A DNA stretch of 64,000 nt from Marsupella aquatica (Eukaryota > Plantae > Marchantiophyta): contig OZ316894.1 of the NCBI GenBank assembly GCA_973895155.1, positions 10,447,874 through 10,511,873 on the forward strand, read 5' to 3'. The position numbers and the translations under genes were made by a program. The notes under the pieces are model-generated. The model was not told where the DNA came from and did no database searches. It saw only the letters and a list, made by a program, of their open reading frames with translations. Positions 37,701-51,300 of this stretch are shown here, piece by piece. How positions within the stretch are numbered: position 1 is the stretch's first letter; every line of letters starts with the position of its first letter.

Positions 37701-40700
37701 ACCTTCAGAGTCGGATGAGTGTCAGCTGTGCGTTTTTGATTGGAGAGAGAATTGGACAAGTGTGTTAGTTATGTGAAGTGGATCCAGCGTGCGCCAATGT
37801 TCTGTCGATAATTATGTAATTCGCAAGGTTTCTGTCCTTAAGTTACTGACGCGTTTGGTTTTTTGTCCGTTGTTTTGGATTTTGGGCTGTCTTGGGTCCT
37901 GTTTTGGGGTATTCTTTGGTGTGAGCCAGGGTGGCAACTGTACCTTGTGTCAAGACGGACATGCTAGGATACTCGTTAGGACTTAAATTCCTTAGATTAA
38001 TTCTAGAGTGCTAGATCATTCTGGTTATTAGATTTTGGGGCTTGGGGGAGGAACTGGCTACTGGGACCTAAAAACTTAGCTAAAAAAAGCCAAAAGCTGT
38101 GAAAGATTTTTGAGAAGGCAGACTTTGGCCAAATTTGATACTACAAAAATACATTATTATTTTCTTTAAGGCACAAAAAACACTCAAGCTTTAGTGAGAA
38201 TCAATGCGAGGGATTTTCTCGATGGGAACCCAAAATCAATTGTGTTACTTGATAGGACCCCTGAAGTTTTTGGGTACGTGAATTCAATGTCAATCAACGG
38301 TCTGGATCACTGGAAGTCTTATCAAGTAACACTTTTCATTTGGGGATCCCATCAAGCAAATCACTTCTATCAATGCGAAGGAGGTCTGCTGTCTTACTTG
38401 GGGTTGATGTCTTCCTTTCATACATTGTGAAAATTTTGTTCAGTTTTATTGAGACTTTGTATCTGTCCTTAGGGTGAATGCTATGTCTATGAAAATGGGT
38501 AATGCCCCAATAAAGACATTGCATCATAAAACTTTCAAAGCTTTCAAGTTGATCATATCATTGGTCTTTGGCTTGTTTCCCCCCATTGAGTGGTCTCCGC
38601 CCACTGAAGGCCTCCCGGGATGCTCTTTCCAACTTTTGGCATAATCAAATTATTCATTGAAATTGGCTTTGCAAGTGTTTCTCTGGTTTAGGTGTGGTTG
38701 GTTTGGCTGAAATTGGGAACCAGAAGTAGCGTAATCACTACTCACAGTGTGTTTTTTGTCATGACAAAAACTGGGACTTTGGTCATATTTGCCTCGATCG
38801 TCCAGGTTTTGCTTTGGGGTGGATCACACCACGCTGCAGAACAGTGCACATCATCAGTTTTTCAAAGGGTGCCAACCATTCTTGAAGGACGGTGACGCAT
38901 TTTGTGAGGGAGATTCTTTGTGAGGACTCCGGTGCCCGAACCACCCGACTTCCTGATGGTCATGCTTTGTGGGGACACGGAGTTTGGTCAGTGCCCCAGC
39001 CCGCAAAAAACCTACAGGAAACAAACAGCTAGTTTGAGACGCCCTAATGCAACAACAGACCTTGCAAATGTACAAAGGAGTTTATTTGAAATTTACTGAA
39101 GATATGCGCCAGATGCTGCATCATACTCCGGGGGCATTGTAGGATCTAAGGGTCTAAATTAATCTAGGATGGATCTAAAAGTCTACAGTAGATACGGGTG
39201 TCACGTTCCTTCCTGGATGCTGCTTCAATTTCCCATTAGCGAAATGGCTGGTTACTCAGGCATTGCTCGCTGGCTGTTGTGAAATTGTTCTACAGTGCTC
39301 TATTTTGTTTTGAGCATCTTCCTTTCCCGGTTGTCATTGACCGGGAGCTCAGGAGTCAGGACCCACGGATTTTGATTTTTCAATATTTTTCGAACTTTGA
39401 GCTGCGAGCTCCTGAGAAAATTCTCCAAACTCGTCAAAATCCCAAATCCCGCTCTGACCTGGCGGCGGGCAGGAGATGTTTGTACCGTATGAACTATGAA
39501 GCATCCTGCAAACTCAGCTTAGCTCAGGTCTCGATTCATGATTTGTTGGGAAGCGGAGATTATCGTGTACACAGTGTTGAACTCGTTGGCCAAAGTTGCG
39601 ACGTGAGGTCATGCTTTGGGGACCTCTTGGCGTTTCCTGGGTTGCTCTCTTGTCCGGACTTTGTAATATTTCTTTAAAAACTTTGGGAGCGATCGAGCGG
39701 TATCAGTGCATAATATAATGTGGAGTAATCGCCGTATGTTCTCTGGAAATTGACCCTTCATTGCTTTGTGAAGCACAGCGCAGACAAATTCTGTTTAACG
39801 ACTTTGTAAAAGGTTTCGTTCAACGTATTCGAAAGGCCAGAGCCGAAACGAGACGACTCGAATCGGCTTCTGGTTGCTTGGAGTGAACACTGTCACTTCC
39901 ATTGCCCAGCGAGCCAGCGAGCCCAGCCCTGGTCTGTTCTGCTTGCAGCAGAACGAAATCGCACAGGAAGCGACTTATTTTAATTGCTGTGGTTCAGTTT
40001 TGACTGCCTCAATAGTTCAATGTTGCAATGAATGATTCGTCGAAGACATGTTCAAGCTGAATGACTTCGTACATTGCCGCCCATCTGAGGAACTCCCATC
40101 ATTCCCTCTCAGTGGCGGTTTCAGACCAGCCTGCTCTCTGGCTGGACCTTGCCTGGGCTTCTTCTTCTTAATTGGAGATTGAGTCGTGGTTACTGTGTAT
40201 GCAGCTCACCTTGCAGCCAGGAGACATTCCATCAGAGCCGGGAAGTTCATGATCCACCACTGTCCTGATTCACTGCTCCTGGGGGACTGAGATGTGGTGT
40301 GGTCTGGAACCTTCAATGCCCCACATTGGCTTGGCACGCGATCTGGATCGGAGTCGTGGCCAAGACACAAATATCAAGTTCACTTGTGTGTGGCGATGTG
40401 TTTGCACACGCACCAGATGGCCAAAATACCTGACTGTCACTTCCTATTGAGTTTGTGGAACGGTTGTGTGTGTGTGTGGAAGGGACGGGGGAGGCAGACT
40501 AGTGCACCCCGTAACTTGTTGGTCAAAATTTTATGCCTCAGGACGATCTCTAATCTAATCTAAGTAAAAGAAAAGAAAAGAAAAACTGACCATCTTCGAT
40601 TGGAATCGAGTGATTCTTAGATCGTGGCAAAGCTTATTCAATCGTACTTCTTTTCGGTATTGTCTCAGAATGAGTATTAGGGAAGCGCTGTAATTTACTC

Positions 40701-43700
40701 GAACGTTGCTGATCGAACACTCGCCAAAAATTTTGCTTGGAGGGTAATTAGACTTATAAGTCAAAGAACGGGTGAAGTGAATGTGATCAATTTATGGTCT
40801 TAAGCCTGAAGAGCCGAAATCATAAAATAATTCTCGAAATTACGCAGATTGACTCATAAAACTCTACTGGTTGAGGTGTGTCACGGCAGTGCTGTGAACT
40901 CGAACTTGCCTCTTCCAGTAAAATGTATTGTCAGTGACTTCGAGCTAAGCACATCTCGAAGTCTATTGGCATTTTCAGCCCTTATACGAATCCTGAGTAG
41001 TTGAACAGGGTCACATTACATACAACTTTAAAGTCTATTGTATTAAACCAGAACTGTCCAGGACTAAGTAATTCTATAACCTTGGTCAACTGTTAGCGCC
41101 TCTTGTCGCAAATTGACATGTCCTCATCAATTATACCCGATCTTGCAAAAGTTGCAAGGCAGCCTTCAGGACCTACTGCACATCATTCTCAATAATTATG
41201 CCCTTGTTTCTGGCCAGTAATTTCACTAGCCCTTGCAAGTCATCGATTAAAATTTTTGATGGTTTAGTTTTTTTTCTAAGTTTAAGGAACTTAATATGAT
41301 GCTAGAGGAGGGTACAGAATGTTCCTCAGCTACAGTCGCAAAGTTGCAGGTCAGCTCGGTCAGGTCAAATTCACAGTTCGCATGGTCTTGAGAGGCCCAA
41401 CAACCCAGGTCCAACTTTCAGAATATACATTCTGAACAAGCCGAGAGTGCCCTTTTTGCTTTTCTGTTCCTTGTTTCAAACGCATGTTTTACTCATGAGT
41501 AACTGGCAATAAGAGATAAAAGTTGTATGACCCCAAAACCTGAGGTCTACCAGTTTGAAAAGTTATGATTAAATGAGGAATGATGTGGTCGCATGTCGTT
41601 GTTTCTCAAGTTTGAAATTATTGTAGGTCACCCCACGTGTTGAGTCCTCCTTTCTAGATCACCAAGTCCACCGTAAACTTACCAACCATGTATACAATCA
41701 TGAAGCAGGTGTGTTGCAAGAGAGAGATACATACGAATTTATTGGGTGAATTAGAATCATCTTAAAAATGCAGGTTGAAATGAAGTCTGCCATAAGTAGT
41801 AGCAGACATATCAGGGGAATTACTGCATTTTAGCTCCAGAGAAAAAAATTATTTTCTTAATATAAACTCTAGCTGCCCAATTAAATTTCCATCTACATTA
41901 TTCTTCTGCATGCATCTCTTGGGAAAATGGTGCACAACTCATGTATAAACGGGTTTAAGTAAAGTCCTTGGCAGATGGGTTTCAGATTTTTAAGTTGTGT
42001 AATGTAATCCTAGTTCCAACTATCTCTTCTTATACTGTGATTTTAGGTGGAAACTTGGATGCACTCGCATGTTCGAAAGTTCCTCATTCCTTATTCAGTT
42101 GACTAGATGAGAACCGCTGCCATTGGATGAACAGAACATATAGGGGAAGAAAACCTTGAATGTATCATTGGTCAAATGTGTGTTTACATGTCATCTTTTA
42201 CATAGAAGACAGTGTATAACCTGCAATGCGAGTACAAATAAGCATTTCATTTGTGTCCTTCAGTGTTTTGCAGGTCTGTCCGACCTTGCACTTACATATT
42301 TGATTAGTCTTTTACTTTGTTTTCAAATTTTGGGAGAAAATGAACTTTGGAGAAAACAGTGGACGTCCAGTTAGAGTCTGATCTTAGTTCACACGAGGAC
42401 AATAAGGAAAGGGTCGTATTTGTCCACTCTGGACCCCTTTTGCCTTCACTCTAGAGTCTTTCGTTTGGCCTTTCTTTAGTAAATGATCCTTCTTCTCCAT
42501 TAAATTTCAAAGGTTTGCAAGAAAAAAGTATCTTGGAGAGAAGATTGAACGGACATATCATGGGAATTAAGTCAAATCCCACCTTTCAAAGGCTTTGCAA
42601 GAGGCACTCATTGTTAGACGACTAAAGTACTAAAGCGTACTTAACATGAGATATAAGTCAAATCTTACTGTTCAAAGCTTTGCAACGAGACACTCCTTGC
42701 CATACTACTATTACTATATGTACAGAGAAATGAGCATTGTAGAACAATAGAAGGACAGGAAATTGAGTCAAGCGACCAACGGACGTCACGGTAGACAAGA
42801 GTCAAGTACATTGACTGTCTTTGACAACAAAAGTGACATCAGAATCCACAATCTGGGCACCAACTTTGTACGCAACTCATTGATGAAGTGCAGACACACG
42901 TCGTCGAACTCTTCGGGGGCCCCAATCATTATTGTGGCCAAAGTCAGACAGCCAGATCATGGAGCTACTTCCTCTCCACTCCAGGATTCTTCAGACGTTC
43001 GGACTTCGGACGCTAGACCACTTTTAACGTGTTTGGGCTCGTCATGCAACGTCATTACGATGTGGAGTCATGTACACCTGCTCTTTCCTGCACGTCGACA
43101 AAATCAAACAAAATCAGGCATCTGTTTATACACGTAGGCAACTAGAGCACTCTCGCGAGACCAATCTCCAAGGGTAGCTTTACAGGAACTTGGGGCAGCA
43201 ATTTATTTTTTCGTAAATGAGAAATGCAATACTAGTCATTCATATATGGGGGGGGGGCACACTTCACTTTAAATGAACTTGGGGCACAATCAAGCAAAAA
43301 GCATTATCGGGAAAGTGAGTAGATGGGCCCCTTGTGAGTCCCGTTTTTTGCTGATGTGTGCAAACTTTTTTGTCAAAAACTTAGACCTCCTCTTGAGGTG
43401 GTCTAAAAACCTGGAGCAAAGCGTAGCTTCTTTTCAGAGAATTGTATTGATTACTTCCAAACCTGACACATTTTGGGTTAAGGTACTTTAACTTTTGTGC
43501 AAGGAAATGGCCATCAACATTGCTTCCCACAGTCCGGTAAAGCCCCTCTCACAAACTACAAAACATTAGGTGTCTGGATCGAGAGTGATCAAGGGGGCTT
43601 TACAAAGCACTAGGATTCCAGAATCTTTTTTCCCCATTCCATTCAAATGTGAATTTTCTTTGTCAATTTTTCATGGATTAGATACTGGCTGTCAGATATC

Positions 43701-45734
43701 CCTAGATTTGTGGATGACTGTTGGATTCTAGCAAATGGGGTCCATGATTAGATGGAAAATTGGCACATGGCATTTAAAATAATCTAGCCAATGTTTGCCA
43801 AAAGTGGCCCAACATTTTGGGGGGAGGTGGAATTTGGCAAAAATTTGCACATAAAAACTAAGCTGGGATAGAAGTTATGCTCTGGAGCATGAGATTCTTT
43901 AAGAGTAGCCACAAGGAGAATAATACCCGGGGATCCGATAGGACCCAGACCAGGAGGGAGAGAAGGTTAGACTAGGGTCCCAAGAGGACCAGCCAGGGAC
44001 TGAAAAATCAATACTTGCACAATTACACACACACACTTTTGCATGTGGAAGGCGGTTGAGCCTGGAACCTCTTGGTTCTAGGCTAATCCCTTGCCAAATG
44101 GACCATGGCATTTTAATCCATATTAATCTTTTACTGTAACTGAATTTATAAGGATGGAAATGCAAATTTATGGAATGTATTATTGTGTTTTGTTGAACCT
44201 GCAAGAAAAAGTTTGCAAATTCAAGTCTAGTAGATATACATTGGTCCGGATCAAAGAGTTGCAATGGCATTGCTAATCTGTTTCTGGATGAACTTTGTAA
44301 GGACTAATCTGAAGGCCCCATGGACCACAAGGTTGGTCTTTGAAACCCCATTAAACCGCATTTCCCTTGAGTATAATTATAATAATAAAATCAAATACAT
44401 TTTAGTTTTGGGGATATGATAGAGGAGTAGGTAAGCTACACTTACATCAAAGCAACTGATTTTTGGGTTGGTTGAGTTTTTCATCATAGATGTAAGGGGT
44501 ATTTAATTGTGATTGAAATATTAGGGCTTGTGTTTTTTCACATCCCTCCTTCTCCAGTTGTCTTGCAGATGTAAAACTGAAAATAATTTTTAAACTCATA
44601 ATCATCAAGTGATCGGCCCCAAACTCATAGATCACCAAATTGTCATTTACATGAGCACTGTGTCAACCATGGTGATCCATCCTGGACTCAATTTCTTGTA
44701 AGGATTGAAGGCAGAAGGAGGTTGTTTCGTTAAATAAACTACAAAGCTAGCCATGATCACTTTGTTACTTTGAACTCAATGGAGTGTTTTGAAGTGTAAA
44801 TCAACTGTTTGAATAGAAGAAGTCCTTTTGGGGAAATTTGAGGAAGTATTTAGATTGGAATCAAAGTTTGCTCCTGACAGAATTTGTTGTCTTTGCAGTT
44901 GTACTGTTGTGCATAAAACTTTGCAGGAGTCCCGATAATTACACATCAAAATGTGACAATATATGGTGTACAATGTTATTCCTTATCATACCATGATAAA
45001 CCCAAATATTCTCTGCCCAGAGAAGCATGGATGTGTGGTAACTCACTTGAGTAGTGACTCATAGGTCTTGGGTTAGAATGTTGTGACTGATTATTTCCTT
45101 TCTGACATGTTTCACAGGTTTCCCCCTAAAAGATCTTTAAAAAAAAACCTCAATTATTCTCTTTAAATCACTCAGTGTTATTCATTGTCACTTCTGATAT
45201 GCAGTTATTGGGTCACAACTTTGTGTCTCTTGGTTCCCATAAGACAAGACCAAACTTTGGAAGAAATAGTCCAGAACTGGGTACTGCTGCAATTGTATAA
45301 GTATGCACCATAATGCAGATTGCTATGATATAAATGTCATTAAAAGTTGCTACCGATATGGTTTCCAGAAGCTTAACCCCAAGCCCTGACGCAACACAGA
45401 CTTTGGATGATGTCTAGTATGGTATGGTAAAGCTAGAATTGTGTCAGGTAAGTTACTGTGACAGCCCCCTATGAAGTTGATATCGAATGACATGCTCTCC
45501 AATTATTCAATAGTGAGAATATAAAGTGGGCAAATAATGAAGATGTCCCTTTATTTCTACCCCTGTTGATTGAAAAATCTCGTGCACAAACATGCCCACT
45601 TTTGGAAAAGCTCTAAAAAGTAACCCTACTACAGAAGATACTCCAAATGGTAAATACGAGACATCAGCTCTTATGATACCCTCTTACTACAAGAAAAGTG
45701 TAAGCCAAAAGTTGTAGAATGATCTACTGTAGAA

Positions 45735-46105
45735 TTCTCTACATCCATTAGCCGTTCCTGTATCTTTTAAACAAATGAGCAATACATTTACAACCTAGCA
45801 TTCTCTCCATCCATTAGCTGTTCGTGTGTTCATATTACAAACTAACAATACTACAAACTGTACGCCAAAATGTGTGGAATGAATTGCTCTAGCATACATC
45901 CATTAGCTGGTCCAGTGTTTCTATTACAAACGAACAATTTTACAAACTGTGCGCCTTAATTGTGGAGTGAATTACTCTAGCACTCTCTACATCCATTAGA
46001 TGTTCTTAAGTTTCTAGTACAAAAAAACAAACTGTAGGCCAACTTGTGGAGTTGCTTTTGCATTATCTCCATCCAGTAGCTGCTCTCCTATTTATATTAC
46101 AAATG
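45735..46105. repeat. Five diverged ~70-95-bp tandem units with core CATCCATTAGC
   Basis: Core at ~45742, 45808, 45897, 45990 and 46070, each followed by a TACAAA/AACAAA variant. Confidence 0.85.
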
Positions 46106-46252
46106 TTGGGGGACAGAGCTTAACGAGGACAGGCACGTCATGATACCCTACAGTTGTAAACCCCTCATGAATGTTTTTCTTTGTATATCTATACTTGGTT
46201 TTGAGGCATTACCCCTGGGTAAGACCATTAAACCCCTGCCAGCCTCATCTGG

Positions 46253-46349
46253 GGATTCTCAAATTTGAATGAGAAATCGTAAGGTGCAAGTGTAAGCATT
46301 GTCTGAGGATTCTCAAATTTGAATGAGAAATATGGTAAGGTGCTAGTGG
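46253..46349. repeat. ~40-bp direct duplication
   Basis: GGATTCTCAAATTTGAATGAGAAAT..GTAAGGTGC(A/T)AGTG occurs twice. Confidence 0.9.
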
Positions 46350-48323
46350 CGGACATTGACAGACAAGACTTTTGCAATGTGCAAATGAAGTGAATGATTC
46401 AAAATGCACTTGGGCTTTACGCTCGGTAACTCATCCCCACTGGGGATAATGGGCTATAACCCCCTCAGGCTCACCGCCCTTACATCCCGTTACCCCCAAG
46501 ATGGGGATTGCCCTACACAAAACTTAGAAGACACTTATTCCACACCAAGTCTGCAATTTGATAAAGAGAGGAAGATACAAACACAATTTGTGCAATGAAT
46601 CCTGAAAAAGGGGTTAATGTTTCAACAACTAGAACGAGCTAGCCCAACTCTGCTGGAGACGTTCAACTTTTGAGCTGTCCATCGCATTTGGCAGTGCCTT
46701 GTAGGAAGTCAGGCTGGACCTTGTTTTCAATGATCCCCAAAAACTACCATGAGAGCTTTATTGTAAGTCGCGAATTGTGTCCGACTCATTAATTCCACTT
46801 CAGGTCTTGTCCGTCTTTGAAGTTTGGATGTTTCATGAGTCGAGACTGTCTCAGTTTCATCGCAGTAGCAAAACTAGTGATGTCACGATGGTGATTGTAA
46901 ATCGAGATTGACGAGGACCGTATGGAGTCCGGTCCATTCCATCAAATTAAGAGAGTGGGACTGATACCTGCTCCAAGCGCAGGAGGAACGCAGTTTCCAA
47001 ACTGGAATGTGCATCGTACCTTTACAGAAATGCAAGTTCAAACATTGGCGCTGGACGGTTCCACCCTGGATTTCAAAATGTTGATAAAAGTAAGGCTGCT
47101 TATCAATGTTGACAAAGAAAGGTGGTTGTGGTTCCGAGATATACATTAAGAGAGACACTCGCCATTCAAATTGGACTGTGCCACATCCACCCCGCTTGGG
47201 ATGGGTTTGATTGGCTCTGGAGGAGAGCGATGGAGGAAAGTGTTTGTGGAAGCTTTCCTGCGAAGTATATACATACTAACACTGTCCGGATAAATCTTAG
47301 GATCAATTCACAGTGCCAGACATAAATCCCAGATCGACGACATACTAGGAGTTTCCACAAATTCCACTCACAGTCAACTAAATTCCATTTCCTACACTAG
47401 AAGATAAACCTGAATATTCGAACCGTGTCGTAACAGATCCAGTACACAACGAAAACAATTTTAGAAATAAGTGTGGAACAATGAGATCAAACGCTTGAGG
47501 AGATGCTCTCGGTACTCGAGAAATGTAGTAGCCACAAGCATGGATCGGAGCAGAGGTGTATTACGCAGGCAACACAGTTCTTGCTGTGCTTCTCAACTGT
47601 AGGAGAACTGTTACCTCTACAAACGAAAAAAACTGCTGCCAAATTGACAACTTCGTTTTTCCATGCATAGATGACTCTCCATTCCCAAATTGATGCGTGC
47701 AGGCACACCCAAGACTCTTCCAAACATCTTGTCCGGCTTTTGCTACACGTGGAAGAACCGAAACACAGGTGAAGACGTGCACAGGGTACCAACGACCACT
47801 TTCTTGCAGTAGTAAGATAGGCTTATACTTCATAGGAATTCATATACTGGTAGTCTACCCAAGAAATATACAAGTTTGATGTCTCAAAATTACATCCAAC
47901 AATTCGCTTTAGTCTGAACTGTGGATAAAATACACGGCGGGGATAACTAGCAATGTTCGTCTTCGAGAAGTCGAGACATCACTGTTATCCATTCTGAAGA
48001 AAGAATTCAGAGCTCTGGAGTCACATTAGTTACATATGCCCTAGAGACAAACACTCAACTATAATGAGTATGCAAAACTCCGGGGACAAGAATGTATCCC
48101 ATATATGTCGGAATCTACACCCACTCAATGATGCATGCGCCAAATTGATAGCACAAATCACCGTGGTAAGCAATGGAATAGTGCTGCACACGCATTTCTA
48201 GTAAAAATGGCAACACTATAATGGGCAATAATCAGATCTGCTAAGCGAATTTTCCTAATCAATGATTATTTGACAATTCTATGGCAGGCTAACGCAAAGA
48301 AAGTGAGGAAATTCCCCAATATT

Positions 48324-51300
48324 TCAAAAGGTGATACCAGAGAGCTCAGGATCCTCCGTTGACAATCTTACGAGCCAATCATTACTCAAGTTTGCTGTTT
48401 TCCACTGTATACGTGATGATGGCAACATTGGCATTGCAAAAACCGACGTAGCGGGCATTCGATCTTGACCCATGCCTAATGTCATCTGGCAAGTAGTCTG
48501 CAAAGCCAACGACAACCCTATTAATTTCCAAGTAACATGTTCCCCCAAGAAAAGCACATGGACGACAGCAGCTGGGCAGGCAGCCAGTCACCTCATAGAT
48601 TAGATGCTGATAGTTAAATCTTCTTCTGAAGAGCTATGGTACTTTCAATCACTAGACACCTGAACGTTACAAACATTCGATCTGACGAGCCTAGGAGCTT
48701 TCTTCCGACAATCATTGCTACAGTTTGGGTTTCAATTCACTTTTTATAGAGGCACTTCAATCGCGCTCCCAATTCTGAGCTACACACGAATCCTAAACTA
48801 CACTCGGAAAAAATCCAGGTCTGCAAGCGTGACGTTATGGTCCACTCCTATCACTCCCCGATAATTTGATTCACAAACCATTATGAAGACTATTCTCCAC
48901 TTATTTACAGTCCCTTCGTATCTGACAGTACGTTTTGTTGCATGGAAACATGGATACCCCACCCCACCTCGACAAGACTACTGGCATAAAAGTAGTATTC
49001 ACTCTCGTATTGGCATTTTTAGAACCCTCGGCGCCTCTAAAGCCTCCCAACCACTTGTACCAACTCCAACGTACTCGAAAGATGCAGGAAATCCACCATG
49101 CCATCGTAGCAAGATGAAGCAAACGAATGAGCTGAGTACCGAAACTCGAGATGAGATGCTCAATGCTATACCTTGGCCCTTTGCAAGAGTGCCGTAGCGT
49201 CCTTAATTAGAAGCTGGAAAAAAGTCTTTCTATCCTTAAATTGGTGTTCTCCAGATGATACAATTGGCCTGCAGGAACTCCGGTCATGAAGAGACCAAGG
49301 TCAGAAACGAAAAATAATTTAAACCCTCAGAACAGGAAACAAAATCATGAAGACGCAATTGACTCTCATCACATGACATTGATTCTACTGTAGAGTACTA
49401 CACAAGGCGCGACGTTTGAAATCAATTTGTACTCGACTCCAATTACTCATGAAGCACAAAATAACATTGGCATGATTATTCACGCTTTCCTATTCTACGT
49501 ATTCTACGTCATGAACGCCAATACCAACCAACGAGAAAGTTTGAAAATGATCATACCCATCAACAAGTTCCATCAACGGAACGGATTCCATCAAGGACCC
49601 TGGAGGCCCTGTCTTTGATGCATGACCTACACACAATTACATCTCAAATGAGTTGCCCACAATCCTACTTTCAATCATTTTTGAAGTAGTCCATGCAGTC
49701 TAACACAGAGACAGTTTGATCAGAACGGTAGACAATGGGAGAGGAACTCAACGCGAATGAACTCATGAGCTACTCACCTTTGGGAGCCTGGGGTGCCAGC
49801 AATGTCATGCCAAGAAAAAGCCAAAACAATCCCAATGCAAACATTGATGCTCGAAAGCCATCAAACACCTGGCACCATCAGACCAACAGTTAAATCCAGA
49901 CCACTTGGCAAGGTATCTGTGTAGCACAACAATGCATGATCATCACATCAATACATACTATAAACCACTAAGAAATGAGATCCATCGCCAATGAGGTCTG
50001 ACATGAGCACGAATCAGAACCACATTCCTCGTTAAAGCTGGATGAAACTATTGAGAAAAGCGTAGTAACTGGCCAAACCTGGTATTCTTCAAAGTAAATG
50101 AAGCCCGTGAATATGGAGAAGAAAGTCCACGAAATTTGCAACATAGGTACTATAAGGATAGATTCGAACATTGCCAGCCCTTCATTCAACCTTGCCATCT
50201 GCGCAGGTACGACAATACATCTCTCGTTTGAGCGAGGTGCGGGAAGAGCTTCAAAATGTCCCAGTCAGAAGTTCAATAAAATACTTGGATTTGGATTGAT
50301 GACACCCGGGCAAGAGGATCATACCCAAAATGAGGCTGTCCCCAGAAAAAGGACAAATATGAGGTATGTGAAGAAAGCATCAAGTTGACTGTCGCCTCCG
50401 ACTGTCAAGCGCATGAGTATCGACCTAAAAAGATACCACAAGTGTATTCAATATCTGCAAGAAACATTTCTCTATGAAATTAACTTGGGACTGTAAACAA
50501 GAGAAAAAAACCTTCAGACCGAAGCTACTAATAAACTGAAATAAGCTCACTTATGCAGAAAAATGTACACCCTATCCGTGAAATGTGAATCAAGAACATA
50601 CAAGGACTTCGCAAACAGGACCGAGTGAGTCCCAATAGCAGCAGATACGACTGAATAGGCCAACGGCACCATTGTACGCCAAAATGTCCCGACGTTATCC
50701 TCGCCACGGCTTAGCATTAAGTGTCTGCCGTGTCTTTTGAGGCACAATTGTAAAAATACAATGTTATCCAACTGCGGTTTATTCATGAAAGCACTATAAT
50801 CTCAAAAAACTTCTCAAGATTCTGTCCTCCGACAAGCCTATCAAATAAATCTCTCAACCGAAAGCAGCCCTGCCGATGTCTTATTGCATGCTACCACTAC
50901 AATTAGCTGAATACGGGTTGGATAGATTACTTGTAAACCAGATGATGCGTGATGACAATGATTACAAGGACCATGCAATATCCGAGGTAAAGTGGGTCTT
51001 TGTAGTTATCCAGGAGCTCCTCGTTTGTATAAGCTGCGGGACAAATCATGTCAGTGCAGCACATGGATGACCTTCGCCTCTTGGCCTACAGTGAAATTTG
51101 TAGTAGCCAAGTAGTGACACAACATCCGACGTCTAGCACGTTTGTAAGAGTGAACATATTAGGGACACCTAGGACACAGAATACTGGGACCCTTGAGTTT
51201 GCATCTCAACGTAAATTCAAGCCTTTAAATGATCCTGCCGCAATAGTATTCAAACCAAAGTAAAATGACCGGATGCTTACTCTCTGATTCATGATTTCCA

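Noticed and set aside
40320-40365. GCTTGGCACG, complementary to the miR536 5' region
   Set aside because: Only about 10 contiguous matches; the remainder pairs poorly.
43500-43620. VCERGF string suggesting a hAT dimerisation domain
   Set aside because: Flanking residues do not fit the domain and the frame contains stops.
45735-46105. Regularly spaced repeats superficially like a CRISPR array
   Set aside because: Eukaryotic context, the spacers are homologous to one another, and there are no cas genes.
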